Shown here in pieces: positions 33,064 to 42,661 of a DNA stretch of 64,000 nt; position 1 is the stretch's first letter, and every line of letters starts with the position of its first letter. The notes below the pieces were generated by a model. That model worked only from the letters and a program-made list of their open reading frames with translations, did no database searches and was not told the origin of the DNA. A program made the position numbers and the translations under genes. The stretch comes from Cytophagales bacterium (GTDB lineage: Bacteria; Bacteroidota; Bacteroidia; Cytophagales; 172606-1). The stretch is from NCBI GenBank assembly GCA_030448185.1, contig JAUJNL010000002.1:26925-90924 (forward strand). Direction: 5' to 3'.

Positions 33064-34131
33064 ATGAACAGCCAGGAAAACGGATCATTGAACCGGCGTT
33101 ATGAGTCGTTGCAAAGGGTAGCCCCCGGCGTATTCGCAGTTCCGGATAAAATTGTCAATGCTTATCTGGTCGGTAACCGCGATTCGTGGGTGCTGGTAGA
33201 TGCCGGATTGCCAGGTAGCGCAAACCGCTTTAAACAGGCTGCCGAGGAAAGCTTTGGCGTGGGAGCCCGGCCCCGGGCTATTGTGTTGACGCATGGTCAT
33301 TTTGACCACGTGGGCTCCCTTGTAGACCTGGTGCAGGAATGGCAAGTACCGGTGTATGCCCATACCCTGGAGTTGCCTTACCTGACGGGAATGTCCTATT
33401 ATCCACCACCCGATCCAACGGTAGGCGGAGGGGCCATGTCATTTATGTCCCGGTTTTTTCCGACCAAACCGCTTGATCTGGGAGACTGGGTAAAGCCGCT
33501 GCCTTTGATAGGGGAGTTGGCGGAAATGCCCGGCTGGCGGATCATTCATACTCCTGGTCACGCACCGGGGCATGTTTCCTTCTTCCGGGAAGAAGACAGT
33601 GTACTGATTGCCGGGGATGCTTTTGTGACCACTAACCAGGAGTCTTTCTGGTCAGTAGTTACCCGCAAGCAGGAAATTCACCGGCCACCGGCGTACTTTA
33701 CGCAAGACTGGGAAGCGGCCCAGCGTTCGGTAGAGCATCTGGCTAACTTACAACCTGCGGTAGTAGCTACCGGCCATGGTTTACCCATGCGCGGCACGGC
33801 CATGCAGACAGCCCTGCAGCATCTGGCTAAAAATTTCTGGTACGAAGCCGTACCGGCCCGTGGTCGCTATGTACGGGAACCTGCCCTGTTCGATGAAAGA
33901 GGCGTTGCCCATATACCTCCGGCCGTTCCGGACCCCACACCTAAAATATTGGTAGGAATCGGGATTGCCGCATTGGCCGGAATTGCCGTGTACGCCTGGA
34001 TGCAACGCAGCCATGAAGAGGAAGATACCAACAACATAGCTGGTGTGCAGCCCCAGCGGTTACAATACCGGCCTTTCCCGGAAAAGCGGATTCCGCTCGA
34101 AAGACGGGTATCACGTCCGGCCTATCAGTGA
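33064..34131 (+). CDS. MBL-fold metallo-hydrolase with C-terminal membrane segment
   Basis: 355 aa, intact. HxHxDH motif in VLTHGHFDHVGS. A later segment reads IHTPGHAPGH. The C-terminal hydrophobic segment is ILVGIGIAALAGIAVYAW. Confidence 0.8.
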   Translation: MNSQENGSLNRRYESLQRVAPGVFAVPDKIVNAYLVGNRDSWVLVDAGLPGSANRFKQAAEESFGVGARPRAIVLTHGHFDHVGSLVDLVQEWQVPVYAHTLELPYLTGMSYYPPPDPTVGGGAMSFMSRFFPTKPLDLGDWVKPLPLIGELAEMPGWRIIHTPGHAPGHVSFFREEDSVLIAGDAFVTTNQESFWSVVTRKQEIHRPPAYFTQDWEAAQRSVEHLANLQPAVVATGHGLPMRGTAMQTALQHLAKNFWYEAVPARGRYVREPALFDERGVAHIPPAVPDPTPKILVGIGIAALAGIAVYAWMQRSHEEEDTNNIAGVQPQRLQYRPFPEKRIPLERRVSRPAYQ

Positions 34132-34138
34132 GGAAGCG

Positions 34139-34240
34139 GTGATAGTAAATGCTAAATTTTAAATGTTGAATGCTAAAGGGTAAATGAAAAAGAAGTGCAC
34201 GCTTTCCATCTTCCACTTAACATTCAACATTTATCATTAC
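34139..34240. repeat. Low-complexity imperfect hairpin between convergent genes (AAATGTTGAATG-type arms)
   Basis: TAAATGTTGAATG on the left pairs with CATTCAACATTTA on the right. The flanking GATAGTAAATG and ATCATTAC are partly complementary. Confidence 0.7.
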
Positions 34241-34251
34241 TAAAACCAATG

Positions 34252-34986
34252 CTAATCCCTTTCATTGGTTTCGCTTTTGGTGGCAGAGTCAACTGATTTC
34301 TTCCTATCAGTCAAATTGATCCGGTAGGTGCCCGTCAGGCCGATAATGAAGAATTTGGTCGGATATTTAACGTTCTTCTCGGTTTCTACCCGGAAAAAGG
34401 TGTCGATGTCAAATGACTTGCTAATGTCCGAACTAAGCCCCATCGTGAACCGGGTAAGCTGATTTTCGTTCTTGCCGTTCAGCCGGTAAAACCATTCACA
34501 GGATAGGTAGGGCTGTACGCGTTTGGTCAGGTTGTAACTAAGGGATAGCCGGTTTCGAAGGTAATTTTTCCGGTCGGGGTCCTCTTCACTGATCTCTTTG
34601 GCCGTCTGGTACCGGAGCCGTTGCGAAAAAATCCATTTCGTATCGCCACTGCCAATGCTGTAAAATGCTTCTCCCGTCCAGCGCTGCCGGTCATTGTCAT
34701 CGGCACGGCGGCTTCCCGGCCGATTTGAATAGCGGTAAGCCCCACTGATGCCAAAGTGTTTCCAGGGACGAAAACGAAGCCCCGCTTCTGTATTGGCGCT
34801 ACCCAACTCACTGAACTCGTCCGTAGAGCGGAGTTGTTGCTCTATTTCGGCGCTGAGCATTTTATGCACCTTCGCCCTGATCCCAATGCTAGTCCATATC
34901 GCTTGTGCCTTTGTTCGCTGGCCGGAAGCAAGAATCAATGAACAGCTCAAAAGCGTAAACAGTATATGGGAAATGGGGCGCTGCAT
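34252..34986 (-). CDS. Hypothetical outer-membrane protein (DUF2490-like)
   Basis: 244 aa, intact. Signal-like MQRPISHILFTLLSCSLILASGQRTKAQA. The repeated pattern R...Y.......R.R.RL is typical of small beta-barrels. The DUF2490 call is tentative. Confidence 0.45.
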   Translation of the reverse strand: MQRPISHILFTLLSCSLILASGQRTKAQAIWTSIGIRAKVHKMLSAEIEQQLRSTDEFSELGSANTEAGLRFRPWKHFGISGAYRYSNRPGSRRADDNDRQRWTGEAFYSIGSGDTKWIFSQRLRYQTAKEISEEDPDRKNYLRNRLSLSYNLTKRVQPYLSCEWFYRLNGKNENQLTRFTMGLSSDISKSFDIDTFFRVETEKNVKYPTKFFIIGLTGTYRINLTDRKKSVDSATKSETNERD

Positions 34987-34999
34987 GCGGATAGGTGCC

Positions 35000-37258
35000 T
35001 TAATGAGTGATGACTAGTTTCTGATGAAAGATTATTTGTCCATACTGAATCCGGACCAGGTACAGCCCGGACGGCAGCGCAGATACATCCAGCCAATCCT
35101 GCTCCTGCTGAAGACGGTTAAACTTCACCGGCTGCCCCTTAGCATTCAGGAAGGTAATCTGTAAAGGTACATTACCGGAAAATTCACCCTCAAGAGCTAC
35201 TTTTTCCCCGGCCGGATTCGGATGGAGTCTAAAAGGCGGCGGAAAGATTTCCTGGAGTTGACGGATTATTTCCACGGGGCGTTGCAGGGCAAAACGTTTC
35301 ATCTCTTCCAGGGCTTCCAGCCAGTGATTGTAGGAATCAGGGGTATTCCAGCGGGCAATGTGCTCAGCCACCATAGGCGCATACTGGTTACGGAACTGCT
35401 CGATGGTCTGGATGACCCGGCCCGGCTCAAAGATGGTGTTTAACCGCAGGAAGAAACGGCCCACAAACTGCTGGCGGAACCCTTCATTTTGTAGCAGACT
35501 TCGCAGCAGAAACCGGTCACCGTCATCAGGGGCATTGGGGTCTACGTACTTACTCAGATCGGGAGAGGAATGTTTGATCATGCAGGCATCACAATCAAAG
35601 AACAGCCAGCGCCACTTGCCATCCGTCCGCCGGGGCCGCCAATACCGCACATTGTTATGCGGCCAGTCAAAATTAGCCAGGTACAGCTGGGCGATCTGGT
35701 ACTCCATGAAATTATCCGCATCCATCTGCGAACGGATGTAATCGTAATGAGACGGTTGCCGCAAGTCGTGGTTCCTTATGTATTGGAGCATTGCCTGATA
35801 ATGCCGGCTGTCTCCTTCAATAATTTCCTCATTACCCAGATCCGAGCCCAGGATATCGACACTATCAGGATGAACGCCGAAGCGGCTGGCCAAGTAATAT
35901 TTGTCCTGTCTTTCCCGCAGGTGATGAATTCCCCAGTACTCTCCGTTCAGGAAAGCAACCACTGGTTGCGTTGCCTGCAATTCAAGGCCGGTAGGTTGCA
36001 GTAAGGTATGGATCAGTTCATCCTTGAAAAGGGTATTGGAGAAGTCCGCATCGGGACTGCGCAAGATCAGCCGGGAAAAAGAGCTTACGGGAAGATGGTT
36101 AAAAAACGGGTAATCAATACGGTTTTTGCCGTATTCTTCGTCGGCATACAGGCGGAGGGACTTCTGCGGATTGGCCCGGGAACCACGGCCGTGTGCCCTG
36201 GCGCCTACCACTTGCCGGAGCATCGTCTGACCATCCGGGGTAAAGTATTCGAGGTGAACTTCCCGTTCCCAACTGCCGCCGCTCCGGTTGTAGTTAGGTA
36301 CGCCATCCGGTGATTCACCCGGTACATAAATACCCTTTTTCTTGCCAAAAAAATCACTCCGGTCTACCCCGAGTGAAACGATGGGAAATTGGTACCGTTG
36401 AGAAACTTGCGGGTCCACCAAATACGTATGGGTTATGACGGGGCTGGCGGGGCAACCATCCACGTAAGCCACGGCCCGGATCATGGTGGCTTTATTTACT
36501 GCCGTACCGGGCGGGGTCCATTGCGGGGAAGTAGAAATCGCCGCGTAATTGTCTGCTTGCCCCTGCTGGTCGGTAATGGGCAAAGGGGCCGCGTAAACGG
36601 GAGAAGTTTCGTCCGGAAGGGTTCCGTCAGTAGTATAGTGCAAACGGGTACGCGGCGAGGTAACGAAGAGGGAAAGAGTAAATCCGGCGGGGTAGAAACC
36701 GCCAGGATGGGAAAAAAGCACCGTATCTTTTTCTTCTTTAATTGTAAACCAGCTTGTCGGGTCATTAGGACCGGAAGGGGTGGGCCGTGACTGATGAAAC
36801 AAGGCTGGACTACCATCGGGTATCCTGCCAAGGGAGGCGTCGGAAGGAATGCAGCGGCCCGGCAATACACTTATTAAGGCTCCAGCAGCATTGTACAATA
36901 GTACCGGGTCCTTACCAGCGCCCAGCCGGAAATTGGTGTGCAGGGGCGCCCCGGGAGTAGTACGGTCTTTATCGGAGGCAAAAATCAGGAGAAAGCCTTT
37001 AGCCGGAATCGTAACCGCCGGAAATTTCCACTTATCGGTCTCCAGGGAATCGTCACTTAGACTCCATCCAGTCAGATCAACCGCTTCCGGTCCGGCATTA
37101 AATAATTCAATCCAGTCCGGCGTTTCGCCGTCCTCATCCCTAATGGTACGGGTATTGGAAGACATCACTTCGTTCACCACCACCTGGGCCCGCAGGGAAT
37201 AACAGTCAGTGAGGAAGAGAAAATAAAGGAGAACACTAGCAAAAGACCATCTTTTCAT
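35000..37258 (-). CDS. CotH kinase-family protein with N-terminal lamin-tail domain and T9SS C-terminal sorting domain
   Basis: 752 aa, intact. Lamin-tail domain: VVNEVMSSNTRTIRDEDGETPDWIELFNAGPEAVDLTGWSLSDD. CHB_HEX_C-like: LHYTTDGTLPDETSPVYAAPLPI. CotH core: LRSPDADFSNTLFKDELIHTLL...FLNGEYWGIHHLRERQDKYY. C-terminus: LDVSALPSGLYLVRIQYGQIIFHQKLVITH. Confidence 0.85.
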   Translation of the reverse strand: MKRWSFASVLLYFLFLTDCYSLRAQVVVNEVMSSNTRTIRDEDGETPDWIELFNAGPEAVDLTGWSLSDDSLETDKWKFPAVTIPAKGFLLIFASDKDRTTPGAPLHTNFRLGAGKDPVLLYNAAGALISVLPGRCIPSDASLGRIPDGSPALFHQSRPTPSGPNDPTSWFTIKEEKDTVLFSHPGGFYPAGFTLSLFVTSPRTRLHYTTDGTLPDETSPVYAAPLPITDQQGQADNYAAISTSPQWTPPGTAVNKATMIRAVAYVDGCPASPVITHTYLVDPQVSQRYQFPIVSLGVDRSDFFGKKKGIYVPGESPDGVPNYNRSGGSWEREVHLEYFTPDGQTMLRQVVGARAHGRGSRANPQKSLRLYADEEYGKNRIDYPFFNHLPVSSFSRLILRSPDADFSNTLFKDELIHTLLQPTGLELQATQPVVAFLNGEYWGIHHLRERQDKYYLASRFGVHPDSVDILGSDLGNEEIIEGDSRHYQAMLQYIRNHDLRQPSHYDYIRSQMDADNFMEYQIAQLYLANFDWPHNNVRYWRPRRTDGKWRWLFFDCDACMIKHSSPDLSKYVDPNAPDDGDRFLLRSLLQNEGFRQQFVGRFFLRLNTIFEPGRVIQTIEQFRNQYAPMVAEHIARWNTPDSYNHWLEALEEMKRFALQRPVEIIRQLQEIFPPPFRLHPNPAGEKVALEGEFSGNVPLQITFLNAKGQPVKFNRLQQEQDWLDVSALPSGLYLVRIQYGQIIFHQKLVITH

Positions 37259-37261
37259 GGA

Positions 37262-37879
37262 TCAGAATAGAATACCTGCCCGGAAGGCAATGAGATCGTA
37301 ATTCAGGGTGGTTCGGTAGGTATGACTCCCGGCCGTTTCGTAAGCCTGTTTGGCAAACTGGTGTTTGTAGTGAATGCCGGCCAGTGCCGCAAACCGGTCC
37401 CCAATTGAGAATTTATAGCCGATACCTGGGCTGAAGAGAATACCGCCCCTAAAATGATACCCTTCGTATTGCGGATAGTTACGGTTTATACCGATTGCAT
37501 AGCCTAGTTGAGCCGTTAGAAAAGGAGAATTATCCTTTTTTTTGAGCAATCCCTGAAAGCTGGCGAAAATGGGAATAAAACGTTCCTGATCGAACTGCTC
37601 GAACCCTACGCCTAATCCGTACATTACCCGGGAACTGAAAACCCGGTAGGCAGTATATTGCACGTGCATGCCCGATTTGTACACAAATGCCTCGTTGGAA
37701 AGCTGTCCGCCCAGTGTGAGTCCGCCCTCCCAAGCGTGACGAATCCGGGAAGATTTCTCATCTTCAGCGTCAGATTCCTCCTGAGCCATCAGGTGAGCAG
37801 GGGAGAAGCTACTGGCGAAAAACAAACCGGCCAAGATTGGAAAATAATGCCAGCCTCGATGGAATAGTAAATTATGCAA
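37262..37879 (-). CDS. Hypothetical outer-membrane beta-barrel protein, 4 nt upstream of the CotH gene
   Basis: 205 aa. Alternating-hydrophobic strands rich in G/Y/F. It ends ...LIAFRAGILF, a C-terminal Phe typical of OMPs. Confidence 0.5.
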   Translation of the reverse strand: MHNLLFHRGWHYFPILAGLFFASSFSPAHLMAQEESDAEDEKSSRIRHAWEGGLTLGGQLSNEAFVYKSGMHVQYTAYRVFSSRVMYGLGVGFEQFDQERFIPIFASFQGLLKKKDNSPFLTAQLGYAIGINRNYPQYEGYHFRGGILFSPGIGYKFSIGDRFAALAGIHYKHQFAKQAYETAGSHTYRTTLNYDLIAFRAGILF

Positions 37880-38395
37880 GAGTACTACAGTTTGTATTTG
37901 TTTCGAGATCTCAGCTGAGGACTTCAGGTTAATGCACCTGGCCCGGAGTTTATCACCAGTTATCGTATGGGCACTGGTTTTATCTGCTGAGTAGTTAATT
38001 TAAGTTACAAGAAACAGGTCTTGCCAGTATCAGGAGTACTATTGGAGTATTCCAAGATGCCAGACAAGAAGATTGCAATATATGGCTTTCCGGACAATAA
38101 ATTTAAGTAACGAAAAAGGCGCGTATTACTCCCTTTACAGGGAAAGAGTGGAATAAACCCCATCATTGCGAACGGGGCACGCTACAAACGTGTGGCGGGG
38201 GCCAGCTCTGCGGCAATGACGGGTTCTTTCTTTTCGGAAGTAGGCAGTAGCACTCGATTCTTACAAGGCAAGGGGGTAAAATCAAATAGCATTGGTCACC
38301 CTGAGTCGAGTTGAACGAGATTCCGATTTTAAATTTACTTACTGTCTGAAGAAGGGGCCGTATACTCCCTCAGAACCCTGTTTTTAGCACTGGCG

Positions 38396-39538
38396 TTATT
38401 TGATATTAGGATATTGAGTGGTAAAGAAATCAGCTTTATCCTTTAGGCCTTCATAAAAGAAGAATACTTCACCTTTCAGGCCTTCAGCGCGGTTGGCCTG
38501 GATCATTTCGGTCAGGAATTGATCGGTTGGTACATACGTTCCTATTTTTAATAAAACCCCCGGAGTAAATAAGTCAATTTTGGATTTGAATAAAGGTTTT
38601 TGCTGCTGCAACGTTGCTTTGTAGGCATCAATGTTATACCGGTAAATCTGGGGAATAACGCCATCCACCCAACTGCTATCTACCCAGGTAGGCCAGTCCT
38701 GTAAATATTCATTCAGACTAAATGGATAAATACTGGGCGCCATGATAATTTTCATGGCTGGCTTTGCCGCTTTTACTTCCGTGTGAATGCGTTTCATAAA
38801 AAGGTTCAGCTTTTTAGCCCGCCACTGCAGCCAACCCGCATCTTTAGTATTGGTTGGAGGCTCGGCGCCGCCATTTTCTGCTTTATAAAGGGTAACCGTG
38901 TAGGGGTCGTATCCTCCTTCACTGGGCATGGCTGGTAAACGGTCGTCACCCTGAATGCCATCCACATTGTATTTGGTGACTACTTCCTTAATCAGGCTCA
39001 TTAAAAAGTCCTGCACTTCCGGATGAAAGGCATTAAGCCAATCAAAGCCGTTTTTCACTACCAGATTACCGCTACTATTCTGACTGGCCCATGCTGGTTT
39101 GGCCTGAAGGATAGGACCTCCTTTGGCGTTATAAGAAGAAGAAAACCCGTACTCAAACCAGGCGTATACTTTTATATCAGCCGCGTGGGCTTCCCCGATC
39201 AGCTCCTGCAAGGGATCTCTTCCCTGGAATGCTTCCAAGATTGGTTTCCCAATCAGGTTTTGCATCACCGTGCTCGGGTAAATAGTACGGGCATTATTAT
39301 AAACCACTACAAAAATGTGGTTCATTCCGGCGGCTTTGCAGTTGGCAACCGTTTGTTTGATATTTTCGGTACTCTGTAAAGCCGTGCTTGCCGTGGTAGT
39401 TACCCAAACGCCTTTAATGGCTGTTGCTTCTACAGGAGGTTTCCCAGGCGATGGGGGTTCTGCTGGTTGACTGATTGGTCTACAAGTGAACAAAAGGCTT
39501 AAAGCTACCGTGCAGGTAATCAAATGAAGTGGTTTCAT
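38396..39538 (-). CDS. Glycoside hydrolase-like family 10 (GHL10/DUF187, YngK-like) lipoprotein
   Basis: 380 aa, intact. Signal/lipobox-like LLFTCRP. KGVWVTTTASTALQSTENIKQTVANCKAAGMNHIFVVVYNNARTIYPS and ...VYAWFEYGF... fit the TIM-barrel GHL10 pattern. Confidence 0.6.
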   Translation of the reverse strand: MKPLHLITCTVALSLLFTCRPISQPAEPPSPGKPPVEATAIKGVWVTTTASTALQSTENIKQTVANCKAAGMNHIFVVVYNNARTIYPSTVMQNLIGKPILEAFQGRDPLQELIGEAHAADIKVYAWFEYGFSSSYNAKGGPILQAKPAWASQNSSGNLVVKNGFDWLNAFHPEVQDFLMSLIKEVVTKYNVDGIQGDDRLPAMPSEGGYDPYTVTLYKAENGGAEPPTNTKDAGWLQWRAKKLNLFMKRIHTEVKAAKPAMKIIMAPSIYPFSLNEYLQDWPTWVDSSWVDGVIPQIYRYNIDAYKATLQQQKPLFKSKIDLFTPGVLLKIGTYVPTDQFLTEMIQANRAEGLKGEVFFFYEGLKDKADFFTTQYPNIK

Positions 39539-39818
39539 GTATTTTTACATTAGATAAATAAATAGGGGTTTAAAAATAGTATTTTTATCCTTCTACGCCA
39601 TCATTTTTAATAAGACGTAGTGGCATGCGCTACCCGGTAGCCCCAATCAGCTATGGGTGCATTCAGCGCTTGTCCGCTACAGACCTTTTTTTACTACTCC
39701 TTTTAAAAGCACCTTTGTTCCCTGAACAAAACCTTGCCTTACCGGGTTACACCCATTGAGAAGGCCTAATGGTAAATGTAGAATTTAGCCTTCAATATTT
39801 ACCATTGCCTGAAAAGGT

Positions 39819-41363
39819 ATGTCCCGAAAAGAAAGAATCCGTCTCATCCTTGACCGCCTGCAGCGCGGCGTATACGAAAAAGAGGAAGCTATCCGGCTGT
39901 CACTGCTGGCTGCACTGGCCGGGGAGAGTATTTTTCTGTTAGGCCCGCCGGGGGTGGCCAAAAGTCTGATTGCCCGCAAACTTAAATTTGCCTTCCGGGA
40001 GGGCCGTTCTTTCGAATATCTGATGAACCGGTTTAGTACTCCGGATGAAATATTCGGTCCGGTATCCATTAAAAAACTGAAAGACGAAGACCGCTACGAA
40101 CGCCTCACGGATAAATACCTGCCGGGAGCCAACGTGGTTTTTCTGGATGAAATCTGGAAAGCAGGTCCGGCCATTCAAAACGCTTTGCTGACCGTACTGA
40201 ACGAAAAGGTGTACCGGAACGGGGAACAGGAGATCCGCGTACGCATCAAGGCAATTGTATCGGCTTCCAACGAACTACCCGCCGAGGGGGAAGGCCTCAA
40301 CGCCTTATGGGACCGCTTTTTGATGCGGTACATGATTGCCGAAATCCGGCAAAGTGCGGCCTTTGTCAGCATGATCACCGATACCACGGATCTGTATGAA
40401 GATACCATTCCGGAGGAGGCCAAAGTAGCCGAAAGTGAACTCGAAACCTGGGATGAGGAGATTAACCGGATTGAAGTGCCGGCCGAAGTACTGAATGTGA
40501 TTCAGGTGGTGAAATACCGGCTTGATGAATACGATGCGGCCCATCCCGAAAACCCTTTCCGGATTTATGACCGCCGCTGGAAAAAGATCATCCGCGTGCT
40601 GCGTACCTCGGCTTTTCTCAACGAACGGACCAAAGTGGATCTGATGGACTGTTTTCTGATGCCGCACTGCCTCTGGAATGCGCCGGACCAATTGGAAACG
40701 GTGCAGGAAATAGTGGCTGAAACGGTACGGCGGCACGGCTATACCATTGCGTTGAATGTAACGCCGTTGCGGCAGGAGTTGCGGGATTTTGAGGCGGAAG
40801 TAAAAGCGGAGACCCGAATCCCGAATGTAGTGCTTACTGATGCGCCCCGCCCCGTGGACCGTGAATATTACGAATTACTCAATATTGAGCAGTACTTCGA
40901 CGGTAACCGCATCAAGCGTGGGGAGTATGACCGGCTAGGTATTGATGAAGAAATTACGATTAACTTATTTGACAGCGGGGGGCACCTGACCAATCGTTTG
41001 AAAGCCCGTAAGGCGGAAGATATTCCCAATGCCATTGTAATCAATGCCAATGCCCGTCAGTATACGTTTCAGCTGGTAACGGACAAAGCCGAAAAAACCG
41101 AATACTTATATAAAAAGCCGCACCCACTGGTGAATACTTACTGGAATGACCGCCTGAGAGAGCTGGGAAACTACATTGAGGACCAGCAACAGCGAATAAA
41201 AACGGACCTGCCCGAAGAATTATCTTACCTGCGGAACAACCTTTTTGTAGCATCTGATCTGGCCCAGCTGGTAGAGGCCAACCTCCGCGAAACTTCCGAT
41301 GCCCTGGATTCCCTCCGCTTGCAAGTGGATAAAATTCGGTTTTTGTACGAAAGCATTAAATAA
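39819..41363 (+). CDS. AAA+ ATPase of the MoxR/RavA-like group with an uncharacterised C-terminal half of about 250 aa
   Basis: 514 aa, intact. Walker A: FLLGPPGVAKS. Walker B: VVFLDEIWKAGPAIQNALLTVLNEKVYRNG. Sensor region: ASNELP. No vWA partner gene is adjacent. Confidence 0.75.
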   Translation: MSRKERIRLILDRLQRGVYEKEEAIRLSLLAALAGESIFLLGPPGVAKSLIARKLKFAFREGRSFEYLMNRFSTPDEIFGPVSIKKLKDEDRYERLTDKYLPGANVVFLDEIWKAGPAIQNALLTVLNEKVYRNGEQEIRVRIKAIVSASNELPAEGEGLNALWDRFLMRYMIAEIRQSAAFVSMITDTTDLYEDTIPEEAKVAESELETWDEEINRIEVPAEVLNVIQVVKYRLDEYDAAHPENPFRIYDRRWKKIIRVLRTSAFLNERTKVDLMDCFLMPHCLWNAPDQLETVQEIVAETVRRHGYTIALNVTPLRQELRDFEAEVKAETRIPNVVLTDAPRPVDREYYELLNIEQYFDGNRIKRGEYDRLGIDEEITINLFDSGGHLTNRLKARKAEDIPNAIVINANARQYTFQLVTDKAEKTEYLYKKPHPLVNTYWNDRLRELGNYIEDQQQRIKTDLPEELSYLRNNLFVASDLAQLVEANLRETSDALDSLRLQVDKIRFLYESIK

Positions 41364-41386
41364 GTAGAGACGTTATGCATAACGTC
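41363..41386. repeat. Second copy of the AGTAGAGACGTTATGCATAACGTC palindromic element, directly after the ATPase stop codon
   Basis: Exact 24-nt match to 24523-24546. The core GACGTTATGCATAACGTC is an 18-nt perfect palindrome. Confidence 0.9.
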
Positions 41387-41601
41387 CTAAGACTGTGCCT
41401 ACCGTCTTTACGCTACCTGATGCCCATTCAACATTTAAAATTCGCCGTTACCCCATTTATAGGTTCATGGTTCCGGCTTAGTTATTATCTTGCAAAGCCG
41501 CCTGGCAACCTTTCTTAAACTAAATTTCACGCAGTACGTAGCTGACAGTAGCAGATTAATCCGTTATTTCGCTGTTATCGTATTTGTGGCTGCCAATTAA
41601 T

Positions 41602-42249
41602 ATGGACCTCTCGGGAATAAAAGAGTTTTTTCAGCTTTTGCTGGATTCAGAAGAAATTATCCGGTACGGCGGGCTGGCTATGGTGGCGTTAATCGTATTT
41701 GCCGAGAATGCTTTATTCTTTGCTTTCTTTTTGCCGGGAGATTATTTGTTGTTCCTGGCCGGGTTATTTACCAGTACGCGGCAGTTAAACTGGCCCATCA
41801 GTATCGTAATTCTGGTGATTATTGTAGCCGCAGTGGTAGGGAGTTTTGTGGGATACTTTTTCGGCCGGGCCCTGGGGCAGGGCCTTGAACAACGGCCTGA
41901 TTCCTTCTTTTTCAAGCGACGGCACCTGGAACAGTCCAAAGCATTTTTTACTAAATACGGCGGCCGGGCTCTGGTTCTGGCCCGTTTTATGCCAGTTGTC
42001 CGAACCTTTTCGCCCATTATTGCCGGTACCATCCGGATGCCGCTTCGTTCATTTAGTTTCTACAATATCCTTGGGGGAGCCATCTGGGGCATCTCACTGC
42101 CCCTGGCCGGGTATTACCTAGGTCAGTCCTTTCCGGGAATTATTAATTACGTCGAGTGGATTATCGTTTTCTTCCTGGTGATTACGTCCGTTGCGCTGGT
42201 GAGAACCTTCCTCAAAATGCGTAGTACCAGAAAACAACCTGCGGATTAG
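41602..42249 (+). CDS. DedA/VTT-domain family membrane protein
   Basis: MDLSGIKEFFQLL...FAENALFFAFFLPGDYLLFLAG...GRALVLARFMPVVRTFSPIIAGTIRM, the typical DedA signature. The internal ATG at 41602 is preferred. Confidence 0.8.
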   Translation: MDLSGIKEFFQLLLDSEEIIRYGGLAMVALIVFAENALFFAFFLPGDYLLFLAGLFTSTRQLNWPISIVILVIIVAAVVGSFVGYFFGRALGQGLEQRPDSFFFKRRHLEQSKAFFTKYGGRALVLARFMPVVRTFSPIIAGTIRMPLRSFSFYNILGGAIWGISLPLAGYYLGQSFPGIINYVEWIIVFFLVITSVALVRTFLKMRSTRKQPAD

Positions 42250-42261
42250 GTAAGGGAAAAT

Positions 42262-42440
42262 GGGGTGTACGACAAAATGCAGAGCGTTCATCCGCATTTA
42301 GCTTCGCTGAGAATAGTTGCAATGCGGATGTGCATATAGCCGGGCATTTGAAATGCCCTTTTCTCAGTTCCGCATTGCAAAAATGCGGAACAACACGAAC
42401 AAAGTTTAATGGTTGATCTGCAATTTGTCGTATACCCAGG
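42262..42440. repeat. REP/BIME-like hairpin cluster of the same family as 26920-27075, bounded by an imperfect outer inverted repeat
   Basis: CATCCGCATT (42289-42298) pairs with AATGCGGATG (42321-42330). Also present are GGGCATTT-G-AAATGCCC (42341-42357) and GTTCCGCATT-GCAAA-AATGCGGAAC (42367-42391). The outer arms are GTACGACAAA and TTTGTCGTATAC. Confidence 0.8.
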
Positions 42441-42661
42441 GAAAAGGGTATTAGGTACTCGGTATTAGATTTTCCCGATAACCTTCTCATGCCTGTAACC
42501 TACTAACCAACAAATACGCTGATGACTATTGACAGCTGACTCGTACCTAATACAGTAATACTTAGTATTCATCTCGCATTTAAAATTTACCATTCCCTGC
42601 GTTGCTACTCCCGTTCGGCCGGAGGTGGCAGAATTAATAATTTTCCCGAAGAAAACAGCAT

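Noticed and set aside
39819-41363. The AAA+ ATPase as part of a defence system (McrBC/BREX/other NTPase-based immunity)
   Set aside because: The Walker A/B context matches MoxR/RavA-type chaperone ATPases. There is no adjacent nuclease, methylase or other defence-associated partner. The neighbours are housekeeping-type genes.
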